Below, one piece after another: positions 8,736-17,163 of a stretch of 64,000 nt of DNA. Below the pieces are notes generated by a model, which saw only the letters and a program-made list of their open reading frames with translations, was not told where the DNA came from and did no database searches. The DNA lies in NCBI GenBank assembly GCA_964534235.1, contig CAZHOT010000018.1:2019-66018 (forward strand), in the 5' to 3' direction. Source of the stretch: an uncultured Marinilabiliaceae bacterium (GTDB lineage Bacteria; Bacteroidota; Bacteroidia; Bacteroidales; Marinilabiliaceae). Numbering within the stretch: position 1 is the first letter of the stretch; the number at the start of each line of letters is the position of its first letter. A program made the translations under genes and the position numbers.

Positions 8736-11700
8736 ATGAAGAAGAGGCACATCTTGCCGTTGGCGGCCCTGACGCTGACGGCCTGCGGCCCCGGCGGCGG
8801 GGGCGAGCTGACCCGCCACGTGGACCCGCGGATTGGCACGGGGGCCCACGGCCACGTCTTCGTCGGGGCCAACGTGCCGTTTGGCATGGTCCAGCTGGGG
8901 CCGACGAGCATCCCCCAGACGTGGGACTGGACGAGCGGCTACCACAGCACCGACTCGACGGTCATAGGCTTCTCTCACACCCACCTGAGCGGCACGGGCA
9001 TAGGCGACCTGTTCGACGTGACGGTGATGCCCGTGGTGGGGAGCGTCTCCTACGCCCGCGGGACGGCGTCCGACCCCTCGAGCGGGCTGTGGAGCCACGC
9101 CGCCCGCTCGGCGGAGGTGGCGCGGCCGGGCTACTACTCCGTGCCGCTACTGCGCTACGGCGTCGTGGCGGAGATGACCTCGACGGCCCGCGTCGGCATG
9201 AGCCGCTACACGTTTCCCGCCTCGCCGGACGCCGCCGTGGTCTTCGACCTGGAGAACGGCGGATGCTGGGACAAGGCCACCGACACCCACATGGAGGCCG
9301 AGGGCGACCGCCGCGTTGCGGGGTGGCGCCACTCGACGGGCTGGGCCCGCGACCAGAGGGTCTTCTTCGTGGCGGAGTTCTCGCGCCCCTTTGACAAGTT
9401 CGAGAACGTGTCCGAGCGCTACGGCCGCGCCTCGTTCGCCACGTCCGACGGCGAGCAGGTGGTGCTGAAAGTGGCCCTCTCGGCGGTGAGCGTCGAGGGC
9501 GCCCGGGCGGCCATGGCGGCCGAGCTGCCGGGGTGGGACTTCGACGCCGCGGCGCGCGCGGCAGACAAGGCGTGGAACGACGAGCTGGGCAAGGTGACGA
9601 TCGAGACCGACGACGACGAGGCCCGGCGCGTCTTCTACACCGCCCTCTACCACACCATGGTGGCCCCGTCGGTCTTCTCGGACGTCGGGAGAGAATATCG
9701 CGGCGCCGACGGGCGCGTCCACCCCGACCCCGGCCACCCGACCTACACGACGTTCTCGCTGTGGGACACCTACCGCGCCGCCATGCCCCTCATGACGCTC
9801 CTCCACCCCGAGCGCATGGCCGGCATCGTCGGGACGATGCTCAACATTGCCGACGAGCAGGGCCGACTGCCCGTGTGGCACCTGTGGGGCAACGAGACGG
9901 ACTGCATGGTGGGCAACCCCGGCGTCCCCGTCGTGGCCGACGCCATTGTCAAGGGCATCAGCGGCTTCGACCGCGAGCGCGCCTTTGCCGCCCTGGCCCG
10001 GACGGCGGCCGACACGTCGCGCGGAGGGGGCCTCCGCGCCAGGCACGGATACATCCCCTGCGACTCCATGTGCGAGGCCATAGCCTTCGACATGGAGTAT
10101 GCCATTGCCGACGCGGCCATTGCGCAAGCCGCCAAGGCCATGGGCAAGGCCGACGAGGTGAGGGAATATGCGCGGCGGAGCCTCTCGTGGCGCAACTATT
10201 TCGACCCGGAGACGCGCTTCGTGCGCGGGCGCATGGCCGACGGGACGTGGCGGACGCCCTTCAGCCCCTTTGCCGCCGAGCACCGCGCCGACGACTACTG
10301 CGAGGGCAACGCGTGGCAATATACGTGGCTTGCGCCGCACGACACGCGGGGCCTCCAAGAGCTTTTCGGCGGCCGCGCCGAGGCCCTCATGAAGCTCGAC
10401 TCGCTCTTCGCGGTCAGCCCCATCGTCGAGGGGGAGGACGCCAGCCCCGACATCTCCGGCATGATTGGGCAATATGCCCACGGCAACGAGCCGAGCCACC
10501 ACACCCTCTACCTCTACACCATGATGGGCCAGCCCTGGAAGACGGCCGAGAGGGTGCGCCAGGTCCTCACGACGCTCTACCACGCCGGCGCCGACGGCCT
10601 CTCGGGCAACGAAGACGTCGGGCAGATGTCGGCGTGGTACGTCCTCTCGTCGCTGGGCCTCTACGAGGCCGAGCCCGCCGGGGGGCGCTACTGGTTCGGC
10701 TCGCCCCTCTTCGACCGCGCCACGCTGCGCCTGGGCGACAAGACGATGGAGATTGTGGCCGAGAACAACTCGCCGACGAACAAATACATCCAGCGGATAT
10801 GGCTCAACGGGCGGCTCTACCTGCGCCCCTACATATGGCACCACGACCTCACGGCCGGCGGCTCGCTCCGCATCGAGATGGGCCCCGAGCCCAAGACGTG
10901 GTACAACCCCGACGAGCCGGAGGAGTATCTCGACAAGCGCCCCGCGGCCCCGGACCGCCTCTTCCGCTCCGAGGCCGTCGAGGCCGAGATTGAGCGCGTG
11001 TGCGGGCTGCTGACCAACGAGCGGCTGAGGTGGATGTTCTCCAACTGCTTCCCCAACACCCTCGACACCACCGTCCACCCCGGCGAAGACGAGGAGGGCA
11101 AGCCCGACACCTACGTCCACACGGGCGACATCGCGGCCATGTGGCTGCGCGACTCGGGGGCCCAGATGTGGCCCTACGTCGGGCTGTGCGACCGCGACGA
11201 GCCCCTGCGGCGCATGATTGCCGGCGTCGTGCGGCGGCAGATGAAGCTCATATGCGCCGACCCCTACGCCAACGGCTTCAACGTCGGGCCCGCGGCCGGC
11301 CCGCACGACGCCACAGACCGCCCCGCGGCCGGCCCGATGGTCTTCGAGCGCAAGTGGGAGCTGGACTCCCACTGCTACCCCATCCGCCTGGCCCACGAAT
11401 ATTGGAGGGTGACGGGCGACACGTCGGTCTTCGACCGCCACTGGCGCGCCGCCATGCGGAAAGTCCTGGCCACGATGCGCGCCGAGCAGATGAAAGACGG
11501 GCCGTCGGGCTACACGTTCCTGCGCACCACGGACCGCCAGCTCGACACGCGCCTCCACGTGGGCCGCGGCGCGCCCGTACGCCCCGTGGGCCTCATTGCC
11601 TCGGCGTTCCGCCCCAGCGACGACGCCACGACGTTCGGATTCCTGGTGCCGTCGAACTTCATGGCCGTCACGTCGCTGCGCAAGGCGGCCGAAATCCTCA

Positions 11701-12269
11701 CGGCGGTGAACGGCGACACGGCCCTGGCCGGGGGCTTCGCCGAGCTGGCCGCCGAGGTCGAGGCGGCACTGACGCGCCACGCCCTGACGAGCCACCCCAA
11801 GCACGGCCTCGTCTACGCCTATGAGGTGGACGGCTTCGGCGGGCGGGCACTGATGGACGACGCCAACGTGCCGAGCCTCCTCGCCATGGCCTACCTGGGC
11901 GACGTGGCGGCCGACGACGTGTTCTACAGGAACACCCGGCGCTTGGCCTGGAGCCGCGACAACCCGTGGTTCTGGAGCGGGCCGGCGGGCGAGGGCATTG
12001 GCGGGCCGCACATAGGCGTCGAGGCCATATGGCCCATGAGCATAATGATGCGCGCCCTCACGGCCACGGACGACGACGAGATTCTCCAGTGCGTGGCCCA
12101 GCTCATGAACACCGACGCCGGCACGGGCTTCATCCACGAGAGCTTCTCGCGGCACGACGCCTCGGTCTTCACGCGCCCGTGGTTCGCATGGCAGAACAGC
12201 CTCTTCGGCGAGCTTGTCCGCAAGCTCGTGGACGACGGCAAGGCAGGCCTGCTCAACTCAATCATATGA
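8736..12269 (+). CDS. Fusion protein: GH92 alpha-mannosidase (aa ~1-725) plus GH125 exo-alpha-1,6-mannosidase (aa ~735-1177), lipoprotein
   Basis: The lipobox is LTLTACG. The GH92 part has [41 protein letters not shown] and GNEDVGQMSAW, and ends with the usual GH92 terminus GGSLRIEMGPEP. The GH125/DUF1237 part has FPNTLDTTV, HTGDIAAMWLRDSGAQMWPY, ADPYANGF and FERKWELDSHCYPIRLAHEYW. It is a single uninterrupted ORF. Confidence 0.9.
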   Translation: MKKRHILPLAALTLTACGPGGGGELTRHVDPRIGTGAHGHVFVGANVPFGMVQLGPTSIPQTWDWTSGYHSTDSTVIGFSHTHLSGTGIGDLFDVTVMPVVGSVSYARGTASDPSSGLWSHAARSAEVARPGYYSVPLLRYGVVAEMTSTARVGMSRYTFPASPDAAVVFDLENGGCWDKATDTHMEAEGDRRVAGWRHSTGWARDQRVFFVAEFSRPFDKFENVSERYGRASFATSDGEQVVLKVALSAVSVEGARAAMAAELPGWDFDAAARAADKAWNDELGKVTIETDDDEARRVFYTALYHTMVAPSVFSDVGREYRGADGRVHPDPGHPTYTTFSLWDTYRAAMPLMTLLHPERMAGIVGTMLNIADEQGRLPVWHLWGNETDCMVGNPGVPVVADAIVKGISGFDRERAFAALARTAADTSRGGGLRARHGYIPCDSMCEAIAFDMEYAIADAAIAQAAKAMGKADEVREYARRSLSWRNYFDPETRFVRGRMADGTWRTPFSPFAAEHRADDYCEGNAWQYTWLAPHDTRGLQELFGGRAEALMKLDSLFAVSPIVEGEDASPDISGMIGQYAHGNEPSHHTLYLYTMMGQPWKTAERVRQVLTTLYHAGADGLSGNEDVGQMSAWYVLSSLGLYEAEPAGGRYWFGSPLFDRATLRLGDKTMEIVAENNSPTNKYIQRIWLNGRLYLRPYIWHHDLTAGGSLRIEMGPEPKTWYNPDEPEEYLDKRPAAPDRLFRSEAVEAEIERVCGLLTNERLRWMFSNCFPNTLDTTVHPGEDEEGKPDTYVHTGDIAAMWLRDSGAQMWPYVGLCDRDEPLRRMIAGVVRRQMKLICADPYANGFNVGPAAGPHDATDRPAAGPMVFERKWELDSHCYPIRLAHEYWRVTGDTSVFDRHWRAAMRKVLATMRAEQMKDGPSGYTFLRTTDRQLDTRLHVGRGAPVRPVGLIASAFRPSDDATTFGFLVPSNFMAVTSLRKAAEILTAVNGDTALAGGFAELAAEVEAALTRHALTSHPKHGLVYAYEVDGFGGRALMDDANVPSLLAMAYLGDVAADDVFYRNTRRLAWSRDNPWFWSGPAGEGIGGPHIGVEAIWPMSIMMRALTATDDDEILQCVAQLMNTDAGTGFIHESFSRHDASVFTRPWFAWQNSLFGELVRKLVDDGKAGLLNSII

Positions 12270-14518
12270 CAACCTCCCATGCGGCAAGAGCCGAGACGGC
12301 GCTCCTGGCGGCGGCCGCCGCCCTCCTCGCGGCGTGCGCCGGGCGCGAGGTCCAGACGGAGGAGGAGGCGCTCCGCCCGTCGGAATATGTCTCGACGCTC
12401 GTCGGCACCATGTCGAGCCGCGAGCTCTCGGCCGGCAACACCTACCCCGCCGTGGCCCTGCCGTGGGGCATGAACTTCTGGACCCCGCAGACGGGCAGGA
12501 ACGGCGACGGGTGGACATACACCTACGCCGCCCACACCCTGCGCGGCCTCAAGCAGACGCACCAGCCCAGCCCCTGGATTGGCGACTACGGGCAGTTCTC
12601 GCTCATGCCCACCCGCGGGCGCGACAAGGTGGACGAGGAGGCGCGGCAGAGCTGGTTCTCCCACCAGGGCGAGGAGGCGCGCCCCTACTACTACAGCGTC
12701 TACCTGGCCGACCACGACGTCTTGGCCGAGCTGACGCCCACGGACCGCGCCGCCATGATGCGCTTCACGTTCCCGGCGACGGACGAGGCCGGCGTCGTCA
12801 TCGACGCCTACGACGGCGGCTCGGCCCTGCGCCTCCTGCCCGACCGCCGCACCGTCTGCGGGTGGACGTCGCGCAACAGCGGCGGCGTGCCGGCGGGGTT
12901 CCGCAACTGGTTCGTCGTCCGCTTCGACCGCGACATCGACGAGGCGGAGCTATATGACGGCGACAGGCGCGTCGGGGGTCAGGGCGTCGAGGGCGGCCAC
13001 GCCCTGGCCCGCGTGGGCTTCGCGACGCGCCGCGGCGAGAGGGTCGTGGCGCGGGTGGCGTCGTCGTTCGTCTCGGAGGAGCAGGCCCTGCGCAACCTCG
13101 GCGAGCTGGGCGACGACGACTTCGAGACCGTCCGCGCCAAGGCGCAACGGCGGTGGGACGACGTCTTGGGGGCCATCGAGGTGAGCGGCGGGACGGCCGA
13201 GCAGATGCGCACTTTCTACTCGTGCCTCTACCGCGCGACGCTCTTCCCCCGCAAGATATACGAGATAGGCGCCGACGGCAAGCCCATCCACCGCAGCCCC
13301 TACAGCGGGCAAGTCCTCCCCGGGCGGATGTATACCGACACGGGCTTCTGGGACACGTTTCGCGCCCTCTTCCCCCTGCTCAACCTCGTCTACCCCGACG
13401 TCAACGCCGAGATCCAGGAGGGCCTGGCCTGCGCGTGGATGGAGAGCGGGTTCCTGCCCGAGTGGGCCAGCCCCGGCCACCGGGAGTGCATGGTGGGCAA
13501 CAACTCGGCGTCGGTCGTCTCCGACGCCATCGTCAAGGGGGTGACGCCCAAGGTCTATGCCGAGACGCTCTACCAGGCCATGATGAGCGGGCGCCGACGG
13601 GTCCACCCCGCGGTGGGCTCGACGGGGCGGCTTGGTCACGAGTGGTACGATGCGCTGGGCTACGTGCCTTGCGACGTGGGCATCGCCGAGAGCGCGGCCC
13701 GGACTTTGGAATACGCCTACGCCGACTGGTGCATAGCCCAGGCGGCGCGCAAGCTGGGCCACAGCGCCGCCGCCGACACGCTGGAGGCCGCGGCGGGCAA
13801 CTGGCGCCACCTCTTCGACCCGCAGACGGGCCTCATGCGGGGGCGGCGCGCCGATGGGGCTTTCCAGGAGCCTTTCAGCCCCTACAAGTGGGGCGACGTC
13901 TTCACCGAGGGCAACGCGTGGCACTACACGTGGTCGGTCTTCCACGACATAGGGGGGCTGATGGGCCTCATGGGCGGGAGCGAGGCCTTTGGGCGGATGC
14001 TGGACTCGCTCTTCGTCGTCCCGCCCGTCTACGACGACAGCTACTACGGCCTCCGCATCCACGAGATTACGGAGATGCAGGTGGCCAACATGGGCAACTA
14101 CGCCCACGGCAACCAGCCGGCGCAGCACGTCGTCTACCTCTACGACTACTGCGGGCGGCCCCGGCGGGCGCAGTGGTGGACCCGCGAGGTGATGGACCGC
14201 CTCTACTCGGCGCGCCCCGACGGCTATTGCGGCGACGAGGACAACGGGCAGACCTCGGCGTGGTACGTCTTCTCGGCCTTGGGCTTCTACCCCGTCTGCC
14301 CCGCCTCAGACGACTACGCCCTCGGCTCGCCCCTCTTCCGCCGGGCCACGATACGCCTGCCTGCCGGGCGCCGCGTCGAGATTGAGGCCCCGGACAACGG
14401 CCCCCGGCGGCGGCACGTGGGCGAGGTGACGGTCAACGGCAAGAGGCTCGTGCGCCCGTTCCTGCGCCACTCGGAGCTGACGCGGGGGGCGAGGGTCCGG
14501 TTCGAGATGGAGGAGTAG
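12266..14518 (+). CDS. GH92 alpha-mannosidase, lipoprotein
   Basis: The lipobox is LLAACAG. GH92 motifs are YPAVALPWGMNFWTPQT, GFWDTFRALFPLL and GDEDNGQTSAW. ATGA overlap with the previous gene at 12266-12269. Confidence 0.92.
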   Translation: MTTSHAARAETALLAAAAALLAACAGREVQTEEEALRPSEYVSTLVGTMSSRELSAGNTYPAVALPWGMNFWTPQTGRNGDGWTYTYAAHTLRGLKQTHQPSPWIGDYGQFSLMPTRGRDKVDEEARQSWFSHQGEEARPYYYSVYLADHDVLAELTPTDRAAMMRFTFPATDEAGVVIDAYDGGSALRLLPDRRTVCGWTSRNSGGVPAGFRNWFVVRFDRDIDEAELYDGDRRVGGQGVEGGHALARVGFATRRGERVVARVASSFVSEEQALRNLGELGDDDFETVRAKAQRRWDDVLGAIEVSGGTAEQMRTFYSCLYRATLFPRKIYEIGADGKPIHRSPYSGQVLPGRMYTDTGFWDTFRALFPLLNLVYPDVNAEIQEGLACAWMESGFLPEWASPGHRECMVGNNSASVVSDAIVKGVTPKVYAETLYQAMMSGRRRVHPAVGSTGRLGHEWYDALGYVPCDVGIAESAARTLEYAYADWCIAQAARKLGHSAAADTLEAAAGNWRHLFDPQTGLMRGRRADGAFQEPFSPYKWGDVFTEGNAWHYTWSVFHDIGGLMGLMGGSEAFGRMLDSLFVVPPVYDDSYYGLRIHEITEMQVANMGNYAHGNQPAQHVVYLYDYCGRPRRAQWWTREVMDRLYSARPDGYCGDEDNGQTSAWYVFSALGFYPVCPASDDYALGSPLFRRATIRLPAGRRVEIEAPDNGPRRRHVGEVTVNGKRLVRPFLRHSELTRGARVRFEMEE

Positions 14519-14600
14519 AAAGGGGGGGGGGGCGCCCCCTCCCGAATGTCGCGGCCCGCATTGTGCAGGGATGCTCGGCCCGCACGTCACGACGGGAAAA

Positions 14601-14652
14601 CTCAAAGCCCCAAGGGGGCGATATGTGTCAGCCTGGGGCGTGAGCCCTAGGA
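14601..14652 (+). repeat. REP-like double-hairpin element, copy R2
   Basis: Reads ctcaaaGCCCCaagGGGGCgatatgtgtcagCCTGGGGCgtgaGCCCTAGGa. The first 6 nt (ctcaaa) are identical to R1. Hairpin 2 keeps pairing through one G-U wobble and has a GTGA loop. Confidence 0.8.
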
Positions 14653-14787
14653 GATTGAGATTGTGATGTGCCGACCTAAAAATTCACACCATAGAATATT
14701 GCGTAGAGCCTCACGAACGATGTATGCGGTGCACAGCCGCCATAGGACGCATGGGTTGTCTTCCGGCGTGCCCCCCCCACCACATAG

Positions 14788-14834
14788 TCCTATGGCTCAC
14801 GCCCTAGGCTGTCTTATGCCGCCCCATCGGGGCT
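14788..14834 (-). repeat. REP-like double-hairpin element, copy R3 (inverted orientation)
   Basis: The reverse complement reads aGCCCCgatGGGGCggcataagacagCCTAGGGCgtgaGCCATAGGa. It is flanked by a C8 tract (14771-14778) and a G9 tract (14840-14848). Confidence 0.75.
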
Positions 14835-14934
14835 ACGGCGGGGGGGGGACGAGGCGAACAAAACGGCAAAAAAGTCGCAATCTGTATTGCAGACAGGGAC
14901 GCACGACCTGCACATCCGCCCATCACGGCAGGAT

Positions 14935-14980
14935 GCCCCAAAGGGGCGACATGTGTCAGCCTAGGGCGTGAGCCCTAGGA
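14935..14980 (+). repeat. REP-like double-hairpin element, copy R4
   Basis: Reads GCCCCaaaGGGGCgacatgtgtcagCCTAGGGCgtgaGCCCTAGGa. Both stems are perfect. Confidence 0.8.
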
Positions 14981-15113
14981 GATTGCGATTGCGATGAGCC
15001 AACCTTAGGAACGTGAACCCTAGGAGATTGCGATTGCAATGCGCCAACCTAGGGTTCACGCCCCAGAAGATTGCGATGTACCGACCTGAGGCGTGAGACC
15101 TAGGAGATTGAGA
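14974..15113. repeat. ~35-nt repeats CCTAGGAGATTG(C/A)GATTG(C/T)(G/A)ATG.GCC(A/G)ACCT, 2 full and 2 partial units (a further isolated unit at 14646-14688)
   Basis: Direct reading: each REP-like copy R2 and R4 is followed by GAGATTGnGATTGnGATG. Units overlap the 3' end of the m5C methyltransferase ORF. Confidence 0.75.
15012..15060 (-). other. Perfect 13-bp inverted repeat (cgtgaaccctagg ... cctagggttcacg) with 23-nt loop; possible transcript-end hairpin for the m5C methyltransferase gene
   Basis: The arms are 15012-15024 and 15048-15060. The methyltransferase stop codon (15056-15058) lies inside the right arm. No U-tract follows, so terminator function is uncertain. Confidence 0.35.
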
Positions 15114-16183
15114 CACTCGCAAATGTTAGGTTCGACACACTCGTAGGGGATGCCGGCGAAAGTACGCAGCAGGGCCTCGAAAATGACCCTGGCCCCGCGG
15201 CAGGGGACGGCCATGCCTATCTGCTTGCGGACAGACTCTTTGCTGCCGGAGAAGACGAACGCGTCGGGGAAAGTCTGGAGCCGCGCCCTCTCCCTGTTGG
15301 TGAGGGCGCGGGGCTCGCTCCAATGGTATATGTGCGTCCCGCCCCCGCCCGAGCCCGTGACCGTATAGGCGGCCCTCTCGGGGTCGAGGCGCTTGTATAT
15401 CTGGCTTATCTTGGCGCCCCTGACTTTCAGTTGCAACTGTGGCGGCAAGTCCGCCGTGAACGCGTTCTGACCCGGCCTTATGTGCCTCAGACGCTCCACG
15501 ACGACGGGCGACTGCCTCGTAGCCTCGTTGTTGGCGGCGTCGGCAGGGATGGGCGGCATCTCGATGGCCTCCCGACAGGTCATGGGCTTGTAGGGCCCCG
15601 GGCTCGGGACTTTGAACTCAAAGGGCAAGTCGCGCCTGATCCCGACGATGATTATCCGATGCCGGGCCTGCGGCACCCCATACTCCTCGAACTTGTAGAG
15701 GTTTGGGCAGATCTTGTAGCCCGCGGCAGTCATGGCGTCGAGAATCGTCTTAATGGCCGTCCCGTCGTTGGCGCTCTTCAGCCCGCCAACGTTCTCCGCC
15801 ACAAAACACCGGGGGCGGAAACGCTCCAGGACTTTCACGCCATAGGAGTAGAGAGACCCGAAAGAGCCGTCGAAGCCTTTCTGCTCGCCGACGACGCTGA
15901 AATCGTTGCACGGGAACCCGAAAGCGAGGCAGTCAATACCGCCCAACGCCTCAAGCCTGCCGACGTCCAACTTGCGGACATCTTCGCACACGACGGAGTG
16001 AGGGGCGTCGGGACACAGGTTGCGGACGTAGGTGTCGCACGTGTCGCGGTCGTAGTCGGTGGCCCACTGGTGGACGAAACGCAACGGCGTGCCGTCGGCC
16101 CGCGCCCCAAGGGCGCCGACAGCCAGTCCGCCCGGCCCGCAGAAAAGCTCGCCGAGCCTCAAAATGTTGTCTTCAGTCTCCAT
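15056..16183 (-). CDS. DNA (cytosine-5)-methyltransferase
   Basis: m5C MTase motifs appear in order: I LFCGPGG, IV GFPCNDFS, VI FVAENVGG, VIII QARHRIIIVG, IX RLQTFPD, X GMAVP. The last ~20 codons are encoded by the repeat region. Confidence 0.9.
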   Translation of the reverse strand: METEDNILRLGELFCGPGGLAVGALGARADGTPLRFVHQWATDYDRDTCDTYVRNLCPDAPHSVVCEDVRKLDVGRLEALGGIDCLAFGFPCNDFSVVGEQKGFDGSFGSLYSYGVKVLERFRPRCFVAENVGGLKSANDGTAIKTILDAMTAAGYKICPNLYKFEEYGVPQARHRIIIVGIRRDLPFEFKVPSPGPYKPMTCREAIEMPPIPADAANNEATRQSPVVVERLRHIRPGQNAFTADLPPQLQLKVRGAKISQIYKRLDPERAAYTVTGSGGGGTHIYHWSEPRALTNRERARLQTFPDAFVFSGSKESVRKQIGMAVPCRGARVIFEALLRTFAGIPYECVEPNICECLNLLGLTPQVGTSQSSGA

Positions 16184-16305
16184 GAATTAGAATAAGCTCG
16201 AAAAAAAAGAATCTCACAGCAGCCTGCCGTAGGCCAGCGAGGCGACGAAGCCGTCGACCCACTCCCAGTCGGGAGCGCCGTCGGGGCGCGCCGTACTCAC
16301 TCTCG

Positions 16306-17163
16306 TCAGTGCATGTCGAAGTTGAACACCAAAGCCTCCGTCATCGCGTGCCGGTTCTCGATATGGGCGCCGCCGTGATAGAAGTGCTCTTTCGTTTCCA
16401 CATTGAAGTGGGACCATAGGCGACCTATCATTTCATTCTTCCGATATTCATTGTGATGCCATGTCGACAAGACGAACTTCGCCTTGGTCTCGCACAGAGC
16501 CTCATATAGGGCCACCTCGTCGTTTTCCGTCCACCCGTTGTAGTAATCGACATATCGCCCAAAGTACGGCGGGTCGCAATATATGATGTCCCCCTCCCCC
16601 GCCATCGAGATGGTATCGGTAAAGGCCTGGTTGCGGAACTCCCAATCCTTTTTGCGGATGACCGAGGCAACCACGTCAATCTGGTTGCATATCTTAGTGA
16701 CATACGCGGGCGCAAAACGTCTTGGCTTTTTGCAAAAAGGCACGTTCCACTTCCCCTGCCGGTTGAATCGCATCATCCCATTGAATCCGGCGCGTGACAG
16801 AAAAACGAAGTCGAATGGGCTTGCCTCCGCGTTGAACCTGTCCCTCACCTTGCGGAAGTGGAAATATCCATCCTCTCCCGCCGTCTCCAACAATCGGCCC
16901 TCACGCTCCAGGTAGCGCCTCATGGAGAGACTGGAGACGACACCCTCCTTCACTTCGTTGTAAAAGTCCACAATATGCGGATTCGTGTCGCCAACAATAT
17001 GCTTCCCACCCAGAGGGGAGTTAAAGCCGACCACACCGGTGCCAAAAAAGGGCTCAATCCAATTGGCCTTTGCCAAGTCTACGCCCGACTTGGCGACAAC
17101 ATCGAGAATCCAGGGGACGAGCTTGGTTTTTATGCCTTGCGACTTTATGGGGGGGACAATCAT
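16306..17163 (-). CDS. Site-specific DNA adenine methyltransferase (D12 class, Dam/M.EcoRV-like)
   Basis: Has VPPIKSQGIKTKLVPWI, EPFFGTGVVGFN (AdoMet-binding FxGxG) and the catalytic CDPPY. The start overlaps the endonuclease stop by 1 nt (TAATG at 17161-17165). Confidence 0.9.
   Translation of the reverse strand: MIVPPIKSQGIKTKLVPWILDVVAKSGVDLAKANWIEPFFGTGVVGFNSPLGGKHIVGDTNPHIVDFYNEVKEGVVSSLSMRRYLEREGRLLETAGEDGYFHFRKVRDRFNAEASPFDFVFLSRAGFNGMMRFNRQGKWNVPFCKKPRRFAPAYVTKICNQIDVVASVIRKKDWEFRNQAFTDTISMAGEGDIIYCDPPYFGRYVDYYNGWTENDEVALYEALCETKAKFVLSTWHHNEYRKNEMIGRLWSHFNVETKEHFYHGGAHIENRHAMTEALVFNFDMH

Noticed and set aside
14601-14834. An invertible promoter (fim-like switch) bounded by the inverted REP-like copies.
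   Set aside because: The segment lies between two convergent gene ends, so inversion would not place a promoter upstream of any gene. No TAnnTTTG box lies inside, and no recombinase gene is nearby.
14663-14971. A 102-aa ORF inside the repeat junction.
   Set aside because: It is composed of repeat-derived sequence (it reads through REP-like copies R3 and R4), has a His/Arg/Gly-rich composition, and has no start context or homology.
16214-16417. A 67-aa ORF spanning the gap between the two methyltransferase genes (…PDWEWVDGFVASLAYGRLL).
   Set aside because: Most of it overlaps the end of the m6A methylase out of frame. Only ~30 codons are unique. It could be a remnant of a disrupted gene, but there is not enough sequence to call a pseudogene.
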